This document shows, piece after piece, positions 23,701-37,300 of a stretch of DNA of 64,000 bases. A program made the position numbers and the translations under genes. Source of the stretch: Balanoglossus misakiensis (lineage: Eukaryota > Animalia > Hemichordata). The notes beneath the pieces are model-generated. The model did not search any database and was not told the DNA's origin. It was given only the letters and a program-made list of their open reading frames with translations. Where the stretch lies: assembly GCA_040954595.2 (NCBI GenBank), contig CM082576.2:3756760-3820759 (forward strand), written 5' to 3'. Each line of letters opens with the position of its first letter. The stretch's first letter is position 1.

Positions 23701-26700
23701 AAGGAGACCGTCTTCTCATTTCACATGCATCAAATTTGGTTGCTGTCATTGACAGTGACCTTGCCAAAGTAGATTCCCTCACAACTTCATGGATTTCCAC
23801 AGTAACAAATTAGATGTTTCTACAGAAGTGTTATTAAAAGCCATTTTCCAGCAAAAAATATGTCAGCCATATGGAAGGTAAACAATGGAAAAGAAAATAT
23901 GGACTATAAAGTGAGGTTCACACTATATAGTTAATGTTGGTTCTGAGTAGGTCCAAAACTGTCCAAATAATCAACATGGACAAGCCATGTTTGGATCAGA
24001 GCCAAACTAGTTTGGTCCAGGTATGGAGGAGAGCAGGGGTTTAAGGTGACGTAAAATAGTTGATTTTTGGCACAGCTATTGCATCGTCCCTCAGTCAGAC
24101 ACTGACTTATCACCGGAGATAATTATTTCAGCCATGGCCAAGTTCCAGATAAATTGTAGGTGAGTTAACAAGATTAAACATACAAACTCTCATGCCCATA
24201 AAATTATACAGGCAGTGTTTTTTAGATTTACCGTAACATTTCTGATGCCTGAATCCCAACCAATTAACTACCAACAACCTTATATTGCAACCATAATGAA
24301 TTTTTGCTTTTTCATTGTACCCTAAGAGTACATGTTGTAATTACCCAATATCTAAACTCGCACTTGGATTTGATCAAGTTTCCAATTAAACCCATGGCGT
24401 CTAATAGGTGTTTTACAGTATTACGAGGTAATAAAGCGGTTGAGGTCATTAACCTCAAAATTATCTGACCTTCATCCTAAATAATGGATGAAATGTATAT
24501 AGTAATTCAGTTTTTCTTGCACAATTTCAAGAATTATTTTATTTTATTAGTTTTCAAAACAGAATTGAATAAATGTCACAAACAAGCCCTATCGTGGGGG
24601 AAGAGGTTAATTGATCTCATTTTGCAGATGCCTGTAAAAATTGCAGAAAGATTTGTTATCAGCTTTGAAAAAAAATAAACACAGATTACAAGATAGATGA
24701 GCTGACATAGTCCAAGCAAAGAATCATCAACTTTACAAGAAATAATTAATTACCAATTATTTATCGAGCTTTTACAGTTAATGGCATCTCTGGTGAACGA
24801 AAACATTAACAATGCCAAGGTGTGTAATAAACTCTAAGCTTTTATGACCAATAGATTGCAAATTATTAAGTTAAGAGAGGAGTTCCTGTGTCACTTTGAA
24901 TAATAAACTTAACTATACTGTACAGAAGTACAGCCAAGATTTTAGATCAGAACTCTCTCCATTTAACATTCGATTGAGATTTTTCGATTTTACACAGCAT
25001 TGAGATTTTGAAAGTTGGCAGTAGATTGAAATTGTACACATTTGACATTAAATTGAGATTTTTCAATTTGAAAATGGCATTGAGATTTTCAAATTTCCCA
25101 CATTAATAGATTAAGATTTTTCAGTTTGACATGAGTTGAAATTTTTCAAAATGAACATCACATCGAGAGTTTCACATTTGGCATCTTGGATTATTTGCCG
25201 GCTGCAGTTCAGACATTTATCATTTATATTTATCCATGACCAGCATAATTTTCTAAAACTTAATTCAATTTTCTGATAAAAGAAAATATGTTTACAAACA
25301 GTGTTGACCACCTAAAGTTCCACTGAGAGAAAAAAAGATGATAAAGCCATTGTCTATTTTTAAAAGGCAGCTTACACTGTCAGTCAGTATTTGTCGGTCT
25401 GTCTCTCATTCTGAATTTCAAAAGCAAAATATCATATGTGCTCATAAATGACACGTGACATTTATGAATGCGTGCCTTTATCTCTGTTGGCATGTAATTC
25501 CTTCCGTTTCAAAGCCAGGCACTGTCAAAAGAAATTACCCACATGAACAACTTTCAGATATGATATGAGGCAATTATGGTGAATTCAAAGACCAAGAAAT
25601 AACTTTGGTCAGTGTAGAATTCTATCAAACCTCTCCTAAAAATACAGAGTGTGTTTGTGTGCGTAATTTCCTCAACACACCAGATCGTGGCCTGTTGATA
25701 TTGTTTTAAAATTGGACCTATTTGATTCAAAACTGATTTTTTTGTACTTGGGAGCATTACATCAGGATTATTGGACCATTTTGAAGTTCAGTTGATATTG
25801 CCAAAAGAAAATTGATTTCTGGCCTGAAAATCTGTGTTCAATAATCATATTGTCTGCACCTGAAATATTGTGCATTACAGTAACACATCAATGACAGTGA
25901 TGTGGGATGTTGGTCGCGTACCTAGTACGGGTTTGTCGTTGCGATGATACTGCTGCAGTTGGTAGTCATAGTGACTCTACCAGCAAAGCTCATTTGCATG
26001 TGTATATGGTTGTGAACATCTGATGGTTTTAAGTCTTGTTTTGTGGTGGTTAGGGAATAAATTGAATACCCTGTCTTCAATGAACACAAGCAACATGTGT
26101 ATTAATACCCTTCTGGCCCTGACACCGACTCTTATTGTTGATAGTGGTAAGCCTATAAAATCTGTCCAACTTCCACAAACTGGCTACCAGCCTTTGCCAC
26201 AAAAAAAGAATTACTGATGCACCACGCTTTCTGGGGATTCTGCGTCTTTGGTGAGTGTGCGGATGATTTGAATCGACAAGCAGCAAACTTGTAAAAAAAA
26301 ATTTGCTGAACTCTTTTCATCCCGGGATCAAAGCAACAGTATCTCACGTCATGAATATTTTACTGATTCCTTTAAAAAAATGTAATCCTCAAAATAGCGT
26401 GTTTAACAGTTTTGGATGAGATGGCAAACAAAGGGGGGTGCTTTTAGCTGGTGCTGAGTATGAACCCTTGTGTGCTTTAATGAAAGAGGAAAGAGGAATA
26501 CAATAGTGTCGATTTCATGATGGATTTTGAAATGACAAGAAAGAGCAGGATATTATTGGCAGATTGCGAGAGAGTCTGCATGCCCTGTGACAGAAATAAT
26601 TAGTATTAATCTGGAGTAATAAATAAACAGAAAAGGCATGATTTATGAGCCTGATTTTCAAGACACAAGACCGCAAAATTTTAAGAGAAATTAAGGATGT

Positions 26701-28332
26701 TGAAATTCATACTCAATAACAGCAGGAAATGAAATCCGTTTCCGACGATTGTGTGTTTTTTGCCTTACAAGATCTGCGCAGTCTATTGTCATGTTTTTTT
26801 TTCCTCTCTGGTGGCAGCTGGTACAACCTTTGACTGTGCTGGATGCTGATCCATCAAAGGCTGTAGACGAACAAAAGAGGGAAAAGCGCGCAGATAAATG
26901 CGTGTCTGTAGAGGATGATGCATCATACCCAGCGATACAATGACACACAGGTCTTCTGTCGCATCGCCGATCGACCCAGTATATATACACCCCGGCTGTT
27001 TTCTGTTCATGCTTCCCTAGATACGTGCCTTCATGGCATCGGATCAAAAGGAGAGAGAGAGAGAAAAAAAAAATGTTCTCGTTTAATCCAGTGATGTTCA
27101 GTCGCATCTGAACACATGGAACTGGTGATTATCGACTAAATGAGTGACGTTGGTCACAATTAGCCGTTTTTCGGTGTCCTGACATTGGTCGGGCTGCATG
27201 CATTTTCTCATGGACGTTTTCGGTGAAAGGAAACGTGAATTTAGATAATCGGTATTATTTTGACCCGATAAGCAAGAATGCATTTATATCTCAGTGTGTG
27301 AACCACCACTGCCTATTGTTATGCTAAATTTCACCTCTGCTGAACAGGAGTGCTAAATGGGCAATTTTTTTTTCTCTCTCATCATAATGAAATTTTTTTT
27401 TTGCCACACAAAGGGATATGATCAATGGAGCATGGTCAGCGAGCCCAAACTGAACCGTTTTGCATCAGGGGCCCGGAATGCATATTTTCTCAGTGACAAT
27501 GGGTAAAAGCATTAATTGCCTGTCTCCTGATTGTTCTGTTAAAAAAACTGCTCCCAGCCACCGAAATTTTTTGTCTTTATGGGTTTGATGCTTTAATTCA
27601 CTGTGCAGGATAGAGCCTGCAGATAGAGTCGGGATTTTCTTTCATTCCGTTGTGGTCCATTTGCCGGTGATGGAGAAAGCTTTTAACAATCTTGAAATTA
27701 AATCCACCTAGATAGAAGGATGGCAAAGTCAATTAGAGTTTCATTTCTCCCGTTTCATTTCTGATTCATTCCTTTCATCATGTGTTACAAAATTTGTACC
27801 GTAAAATTCTATTAATGTACTCGTAGGAACAAACATTCCCCCCACACTCTTTGACATTATCTGTTATTTTATTGAATTTTAAGTGATAATTGTCCCCCTA
27901 TTGCCCCTGTCACGTCATTTCCTCATTGTTGTGACTTTCAAAAGAATATTTTTGACTTCTTTCTCTCTGATTCATGGAAGGGCCAATGTACAAAGTTAAA
28001 TTTCACTCTATGCTCAGGGGTGAACCATTTTGATTGAAGGTGGGGAGCTGGAAGAAATAGCTCCGATATTTAGGGATGGACCATTGTATTATTGGGAGTT
28101 TTCAAGAACGTTCAAATACTCAGGGACGGGCTGTTTCATACAGGGGTGGGACTGGTTTACGCTATTTATTTTTGGCCTCATAGAAATTTTAAAATGCAAC
28201 AGTTTGCTTTGTTAAGTTCATAGATAGTGTATTACGATGGAAATCCTACCACCCTATCCAAACCCAATTCGTGTCTTTCAAAATGATCTTGACACCTGAA
28301 CATCCTCCTCCTCCTCCTCCTCCTCCTCCTCC

Positions 28333-28367
<35 letters not shown>

Positions 28368-31300
28368 TTCATCATCATCATTATCATCATCATCATTATC
28401 ATCATCATCATCACACCATTATTCCAAATGCTTCTTATCATGCTACATATCCCAATGAAAACTTCCTTACACATTTTTCTCCCAACCGCTGTATTTTGAT
28501 AATCCTCTCTGGTCAGATATGTCCATGTTTTCTAACAAAGCAGCTGATAATCGTCTGATCAAATACTCCAATACTCCGAATGCTAGCTTCCAAACAGAGC
28601 AATTAATTTTCTTAATGGATGTGTGTACAGTCAAAGAGAAACCGTGTTGTCTGCCCATTCAATCAAGTCCGGATAGGAAATGATCTCGCCTGTCTACTTA
28701 TTCAGTAATTTTCACATTAGTTTCAATAATCGGCAAAAAAATATCATCCAATTATTAGTAAACGTTTTGAGAGCGATGTAATGATGTGATCATCTGATCA
28801 TAAGCATGGACTTTTAAATAAACATTGACAGTGCAAGGGGAGTCTAGCAGTGAGACTATATCATTCTCTCTTTAGTGAGTGTTGTTTACTTCATTTGTTC
28901 TGTGAGGTCACTAGCGGTAAACATCTCTGTGGCAAAATGTAAACAAGAATTCCTTGAGAAATGAGACATTGGTCTATATTTTTCTTTGTGAAATTCATTT
29001 AAGTTGCGATAACTAATGTGACCCTTTGCACCCTGACCCCTTTTCTGAGCCAACGATTCAAAGAGTTCACATGATAAAGAGGTTTTGAAATGTTGCTGAG
29101 CAAAGTATGCATCCTCCCCTCCAACTTAACCCCTCCCCCCCCCCCCAAGTCTGCAATTGATGGAGTTGGGCCATCACAATGATTAATCACATTCCTGGTG
29201 TAAAAAGACCTTCTCTAATGAATTGACTGATTATGATAATGAGTCGTTATATTTGTAGTCTATTACTTTGGAAGCATGATGGTAGGGTGTAATTGATGAG
29301 CAGTTGATACGGTGTCGCCATGATCACCATGGCGATGTCGTGACTTCTGTGACATTGGTGCTACACGACCAGGAAGTGGTGTTGACTGGAAAGAAAACGG
29401 GGAAAGTTGATGACTGTGGGCAAAAAATGTGCTCGGAAGATTAATTGAAAATTCTAATTTGATGTATCACCCATAGAAGTATTGGTTCCCCATCCCCCAC
29501 CCTCAAAGATCCCTTTAAAAATTTCTTTGCCCCACACTTCATCCTACAAGAAGCTTTTTCAGCCCAGAATTCACCAGAAAAACACCCTTGTGTCTGCATA
29601 ATGAATGATGTTTTGTTTCATATTTTCCACTAATTTATGAAGTTTGCTAGATGAAAGCAATTACCGACAACAAACTCAAATCATCAATTTTTATGAGAAA
29701 AGAGGTATTTATTTCATAAAACAGGAAACAATATCCGATAAAACTAAATGCAGCATAGCAGAGCCCAAATTGCCCTCATTAATCAGTGATGTTCATTTAG
29801 GAAGTTAATTAATTACCTGATTTGATTTATTGATGCTAAATGTACCGTTTGGGCGATTTCACTGTTGATTTTTGAGAATCTGACTTTGAAAAGGACAGTG
29901 ACAGTCAACATGATAAGTTGTGTCATGCCAGACGCAGTGCGTGATAGATGGCAATTAATAGTTGGGGCTGCAAATCAGCCTGGATTTCTTACGCGAAGAC
30001 ACGGACTGTATATCCACTCGGCACAACGCCTCACAAATTAACAATCCGCATCTGAGTCAATCTGTGCTCAACCTTTGCCCCCGAAAAACATCGAAGTGTC
30101 AAAACTTGTTTTTCAGTTTTTGTGAGGGAGGAATTCTCGAGGCGAATTTATGAGTGAGAAGTGTCTTGTTTAGTTTTTGTTGTCTGCCCGCGGGATGGCA
30201 CGGAAGTAGGTGCGACAGTCGGTGTGTGTCGTTCGCGGAAAGTGTTTCGGACATCTTGCCAGACTCGAGTCTTTGTCTGGATTAGACCGCATCTGAAGTA
30301 TAATGTACCAAGGCACCAATGTTGTCGCCAGGGTGATTGTGACGATGCTGTGTTCTAAAAAGGAATATTAAACTGGAATAATCATAATTTACTTCATAAT
30401 GATCAGTGATGTAGGTATGAGGCCAGAAGCCATGCTATGACACCCACATACTTTTCCACATTTCATCATTGTATGAGATGATCCCACCAATGCTATGTGA
30501 GTGGGTTATTTTTGTTTCTGCTGTCCACCATGAAACCTTGCTTGCTCGTTCCTGATATAGCAACTTTTAGCCAATAATATCAACCTCATCACCTAGACTA
30601 GATAAGTTCAAACATTGATCATTTTTGATTGTGTGTCTTTCTTGCAAAGTGGAAATTATCAAATGGAATATGAGGACATATTGGTGTGGTGTATGAATTT
30701 CAAATATTTTGCCAATTTTGCTGCAACAGCATTAAGCAGCCTATTCGGTGCACGGACAAGTCTTGTCTAAATCTGCATATACATGCTCCAGCCCTATCTA
30801 CAACTTACGGCAACCCCTAAGGCCAGCCCCCACCCACAGGTACCAATATCTGCAACCAATGCCCACCCACCCATAATGGCAGGTCTCCTGACAATACGCT
30901 CTCCCGCATAAACCCCACCCACATCCTAGACCTACCACACCCATAACAGACCTAGGCTCCGCCCATAAAAACCAAACTCACCTTTAGCACCGACAAACCC
31001 AATCCACAAACACGAACACGTACAAAAATTCCTTTATATACTTTCCGTCTTTAAAATGGGACGAGTGGGTACAATTGTGAATTTTTTAAAGTACTTTTAC
31101 TGCTCTTTTGGTCTGTTACTAGGAGCATATCCACTGCACAGTCACAGACAGACAGAAATTTACTCACAATACAAAGTATTCGCTGTGCGTTTTTGTTCTC
31201 GACAAATTAATTACAGTCCGGGTGAAACTCGGCAGATGCATAGACGACCGTAATTTTTGTTTTACAAGTCCCTCACGGGGGAAACCTAGTGAAAAAAACA

Positions 31301-34300
31301 CTTTAATCAGTCATTTTTACTCACACTGTGTGTCAGAGGAATTCAAATAGGGTTGATTGTTTGGCGATACAACCACATCCCATGTGTACAAGCAAAGACA
31401 CCTTCATTGACTGTATGTATAGAGTCCGAGCAAATGTAACTAAAACACTTGGTTATAATTGTTCACAGAGAAGTTGTCTAAAGTATGCTTCTTTTGACTC
31501 TTGCAAAAAAAAAATTGAAACTTCACCATGCTCTGACAGGCTTTCCCTGAATCTAATGAATAGTAGGATAGCGTTTAGTATTGTACGAATAATGAATTTG
31601 AAAAAAAAAAAACCTTATCACAAACTGAAATCTTTATGCGGTAGGAAGTGCTTGAACCATCATTGCTATCTGCCGGAGGTTTTCCTGATTCTTCATATGT
31701 TGTTCTGGTTTTTTATCGCAGGTGAAGATGATATGCGCAGCCTTGGATATGATAAAACCCCCGATATTAAATTAGAAGTTCCCATTGGTAAGTGCTTGGT
31801 GTATCTGATCACGTTCTAATGAGTTTTTCCAAGTTGGTGGTAGATCGCATTTATATTATCAGGCAGTGATAACCTTTGGTGACTGGTGGCAATCTGTTGG
31901 AGACGAAGTGACTGGTCTTATCATGGCATGTCACTCAGGTCACACTGTCTACCTGGCTATTACAATACCCAGTAAAAGCTATGAAACAACTTTACAAATT
32001 GCCCCGTGCTAGTCTATTTAGGGACCTGTAATTGTGAGGAAGAATCAGATGCCACGTGCAGTATTTCCACAGACCATCATGCGCGTTGTCTTTCTTTTAT
32101 ATATTTGTGTGTCCCGTCAAATCTATCTAAGATCTAGCTTCATTACGAGACAATGAATCTTTTTACTTTTTAATCATTATTTCATTGAACAAAAAAATCA
32201 ACAAGATGTGTGTGTGAAAGTGAAATTTTAGGACAACATATACACAAACAAGTACAGGATAAAAATATATTGCAATCACAATTAAATATGTTTTAGTCAG
32301 TGCCATGTAGAATATGTCTATGCATATGGACCCAGATCACTGCAGGAACTGGATCAGGCTTTCCTAAGAAACAAGCTAAATAAAATGCATGATACAAACA
32401 GTTATTCCTTTTTGCTAATGACCAAACAATGATTAAAGTTTCAACTGTTTAATATCTTTGACCACCAGCCGTAGATGGACATGTAGTTAACTGGATTGAG
32501 AGCAAAGCTTCCTTTGGAGATGGCTACAGCCACAACTCGTACCTGAAAGACCAGTTCTGGAGTTACCAAAACAGGTGAGTGAGAACCCCCCCCCCCCCCC
32601 CCCACCACCACACAGTTTAAATAGTCATGCTGCCTCAACAAGTATAATTTTTGTTTTCATGCTGTTTGCAGCACTAAAGGTTACACCTTGATCGGATTAG
32701 ACGCCAGTGTCGTTGATATGTGTGGGCGCCACCTATAGTTCAAATGTGGAAATGCTAGACATGTGATGCTTGATTAATTTCGGATGTGCTTTGCGTTTGT
32801 TAGAAATGTAATGATAATTGAGACCAATTTTTGAATTTGAAGCATTCCAAGCTTTTCTGGTAAATCAACGTTTAAAGTGAATAAAATGTTTTGAACCTGA
32901 TAACAGTTGTTTTTTTATACCCTTCAGAAATGGGAGTACATGTACCAGGTGTAAAGCTCTCAATGACCTCAAAATTACTTAAAATTGCCATTAATGAAAA
33001 TTTACCATTTCAACAACAACTGACATGAATTGCTGTTTTTCACAATCTACTGGTTTTCTCTTCATATACATTTATGAAAATTAATTTTTCATCGTCAAGA
33101 CATTTGCAACCTGAGTTTCCAATTAATGTGATATGCATGTAGAATGAATGGAATTAAAATCACCAAGTTACCATGGAAATGATGAGAATATCGGTGTCGC
33201 CTTGCCTGTGGACAAATATTAGTTTTGCAAGATGGTAATTGCTTGATTTGAAGGCCATAAAATTGATAATTTTCAACCACCAGGTACTCAGTGGGTTTTG
33301 GAAAAGCAATAAACCGAAAACCGAAATCGGTTGTACGTGTTGACACGCTTTCTAAGTTTTAAAGCATTTGAATTTCAAGTTTTGAAAAAAATGACTGTGT
33401 TTTGACAAGAGAGCCCCCCATTTTGCAGATTGGTGATAGTGATACATCTCATTAACTGATTGGAATCAATCTTCATTGCACATCATGAATTATGGATCAT
33501 CTATGACTTGTAAACAAATAAAAATTGAATTCTCCATGCCAGTGTCAGTGCTGGGGTCAGGTATTGGAATTTATAGAAGTACAGCTAGCACCTTGTCCAG
33601 ATCAAACCAAAAAAGTTTACCAAAATCAGGCTGGTGTAATGCTTTTTGATAAAACCATTACAAGTGCATTGGAGGAAAGGGCCGTACAGATACTGAGAGT
33701 ATTAATAAAAATAAACAGATGATTTAAAAATAGATCACTGTAGAGGTAACGGTAGGCCTTTATCAACTATCTTTTATTTCATACCAAAATATTAACTTTA
33801 CCCCACAGCCATAACTCTTATTCAGAGAATTTTTTAAATGCAAGTAATGTACATCGCAGGACTTGACTGCGTGAGTTTCAAATGAAGTTAAAGTTTGTTT
33901 TTTCCCCCACATCGTTGACGTAGAGGTATATTTTGTCAAGCAAACTGCCAGTAATGCAGTTGAGTGGTAACATATGTAAACCACATGAGTACATTTGGTT
34001 GACACAGATTCTAAAAAGAAACATGTTGTGTGAGATAAATGTTGTTATTGTGGTGGTTGTTGTTTTGGTTGCTGTTGTTGTTTAAATTTTATCAGGAGAA
34101 TTTCCAAGCAAAGCACTAAATGCGCAAGTTGGGTACTTTTGCTGTGTGGTAGCTTGGACATGGTGCAGTACATTTGTACACATTTCAGTGGTATTTTTGT
34201 TGAAATGAAGTGTCAATTTTATAATTTCTAATCAAAATGAAAATTGGCTTGTTGGAGTAAATTAAAAATTGGCTGGCCTTGTCCCATCAAGAGAATAAAT

Positions 34301-37300
34301 ACAAAATACAGGTACGGGTTAAGAGACAATTTTCATTTGAATTATTTTTTTTTAAATAACCATTTGCTCACCACATTGTGTTTTATTTATAGAACTTGTG
34401 TCAGGTCAACTTTTACAACAAAACATTGTGCATTTGTAATCAAATCCATGAATTTTATACCAGAGTGCTTTAATAAGCTGACAGATCGTATTGTCTGTCA
34501 CTGCTGTGGGCATCTTTGTGTTTGTAAGATATGAGTGTACCGGAAAAAGTGGCATGTTCATGATATGCGAGATAAAAATATTGTTTGAATTGGAGTGTGG
34601 GATGTTTTTGTGGTCAGAGTATTTGATTAGTGTGTTGAGGTTTAATGCAGAGACACCGAAAGAAGGAAAAACAGACACTACTTGAAATTAATATTGATAC
34701 AATGACGGAAGGATAAGAGATTATCAGATTAGGAATAATGCTTAAAGAATAATGCTTGAAGTGTAAAAATGCAAAATATATGAAATTGTGCAGATATTAT
34801 CTGAAATTAAGATGTTTTCTGGTTGACTTGCCAAGGACATAGCAATAATGCAAGAAATGACTAAGTTATGATATCTCAGGTCATCCCATTATTAATTGCA
34901 CCGTGAGAAACATGCAACAATTTTAGAAATGCACTATTGGCAAACAGCTGAAATTTCACTGAATAACACTCCATAGTTTGACTTTATGTGTACTTCAATT
35001 TCAAATAAATTTAAGGATTTGATATTGTGGATTGAAAGTCACATCTGGATCAATTGCTGTACAACCAACATACAGAACAGCAAACCTACCAGTGCATCTC
35101 AACATCATAAAACAAACAGAACGGTCACTCATGAGCAACCTACACCATTCACACACCCACATCCATCTTCTCGAGAAGGCCCTTGCCATCCACTGAAAAA
35201 ACAACACACAACAAAACGACTGTGACATCTGGCAACATCTCCTCTTTAACCTTGTAATTTTTTTCTCCAATTTTTTTTTCATTCCCTGGCCAAGCAAAGA
35301 GGACATTGCTAAGGTCAAGTTGACTGAAAACAAACTTGTAAAACAGATGTGACAAGTCTGTCAGGAATGACAGATAAGAGCTGCCAACTGCGGAGGGGGG
35401 AGGGGGTGTCATGTCAGCATTCTCTTGATATTTGTGACCCTCCCCTTCCTTCCTCACACCTCTCATGCGTCAAAATGCCGTCACCAGAGTGAAGGGTGCA
35501 GTTTAGTTCATTGAGGCAAAAAAATTGTCAGACAGAACGCGTCTTTGAGTTTGAATGACAGCAAGGATTAGACTTATTCTGCTGGAGTCGTACAGCTCTT
35601 CTAAATCTTTGTCACTTTAGGTCAGATGAACCAATCAGAATTTTAAAAAAAATACAGTATTTTCTTATCACCTTGTGGATGCGTTGGTATTTTTTGTGAG
35701 TTTTTTTTTTTGTGAAGGCCAGGTGTGGAGGTCACCCAAAGTCTGCAGACCCATGGGCATGGTACAGTCCCAGGCCCCAGCTGACTTATGGGACGCAGAC
35801 AAATATCAAGTGATTTGAGCCGTCCACATGTCATTGGAGATTTTTGATCCGAAAACAGAGATTCAAAACATGCCCCCCTCCCAGCTTATAAATCACCGCT
35901 GCGCGATGATAAAATATTTTGGTGATGTTCCCTGACATCATTGTGTCTTCAAACTGGAGGACTAGAAGGAGTATAACACCGTGCCTGGTGAGGAAACGGA
36001 CGGCCTTGCACTTTGCTGTTTCTGCCGTTTCTTGTGGATTCTTCTTTCAATCAGGCAGCAGCCGCATTTCAGGTCAGAAATCTTACTAGATGCTTAATCC
36101 CACTCCGATTCTTCTTGTGGTAAAAACGCTCGCAGATCAGAGCAGTTGTGATTTATGGTAATTGGCCATCAAACACTTGGCCACCGTACGACAAGCAGAG
36201 AGACAAGTTGAGAAAAGAAGCTGGATTCATAACTTGAAAAGTTACACAAAAGGCTGTTCTGAGGAAAGCCAGGAAATTAGAAAAAAACGGGAGGTATATT
36301 TGTGACTTTGCATATGATGTATTTTATACGGACTGTGATGGTAACCACACGTTCTGCAGTCGCTAACCGAGACAGGCGCAGCCAGGGAATAACTCAAGAC
36401 TTCACTTGTCTGACAAATCCGTTGTGGCAGATTTCATTAAATCATCCCCGACCATTTGAATGCAGGTATTCTGCGCAAGGAAGTATTTATTTCTATGGCA
36501 TCAGGAAGGAAAGCAGAAAGAAAGTTTTTTAATCGCTTATAAATATAGCGGATGAAAAAAAGGGGGAATTAAGAAGGGGTATTACATTGGGGAGATTGGG
36601 GTAATTTACCTATCTTTCGTGGCCGTGTCAGTACGACAAAGATGAGGTCAACAGCAGTAATACTGCACCTTTGAGAAGCGACTTCTATGGGGGAGATTGT
36701 AACATATAAAATATAGAAAGCAATTTGATCCGCTATTTTATGGTGGGAAATGGTGTAAAGAAACAAAATGGTGACTGTGTAACTGTGGAAAATAAATTGC
36801 TTTTAAGGATTCATTGGTTTTGGATAATGATTTTTTTTTTTGCCAAAATAATAAAGAATTGATCTAATGAGTAGATTGTGTTTATGTTACGTTTTCTTCC
36901 AAGTTGATGGCGTTTGCATTGACTGTTGACAAGCTATTTAATAGAAGATGTCTAATTCAAGACGGATTTTTATAAATTCATGAGTGTATTGAATGACATC
37001 TTAAAGTCATGCCAGGCAGCAAGAATACAATTACCAAAGCGCAATATAAATATGTTGTAAATTCTAGACCTTGAAATTGCAGTGAGAATTTTTTTAAATG
37101 TGATAAAAAGAATATTTGTGAATATGGATAAAATTTAGGGCTTTCAGTTTGTGTGTTTATTTGTTTGCAGCAAATCGTGGCTACATTTGTTGACAGGAAT
37201 GAATTTCCAGTCTGGAACAGAGACCACATCTCCTGAGAACATGTTTTTCTCGAGCCTAATTGTCTTCTTTGTTGGTGTAAAGTCTTTTGTTCCAAGTAAA

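Noticed and set aside
24961-25160. CRISPR-like appearance of the ATTGAG/ATTGAA repeat-spacer array
   Set aside because: Core only ~11 bp and variable, period only ~26 bp, spacers partly similar to each other, no cas genes, intronic location in an animal gene.
28232-28558. Poly-Pro/His and poly-Met/Arg ORFs (likewise the CV/HT and YVCM/YIHT ORFs at 9.9, 11.3 and 57.1 kb)
   Set aside because: Translations of microsatellites.
16045-31721. Nested protein-coding gene or transposon ORF in the 15.7 kb intron
   Set aside because: Short open frames (e.g. ~17800-18000) show no recognisable homology or consistent exon chain; a translated search could still find decayed elements I cannot see.
35028-35039. 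Second 'WIES' peptide in intron 10 as a duplicated CDIN1 exon
   Set aside because: Similarity does not extend beyond four residues; the true exon 10 is at 32469-32574.
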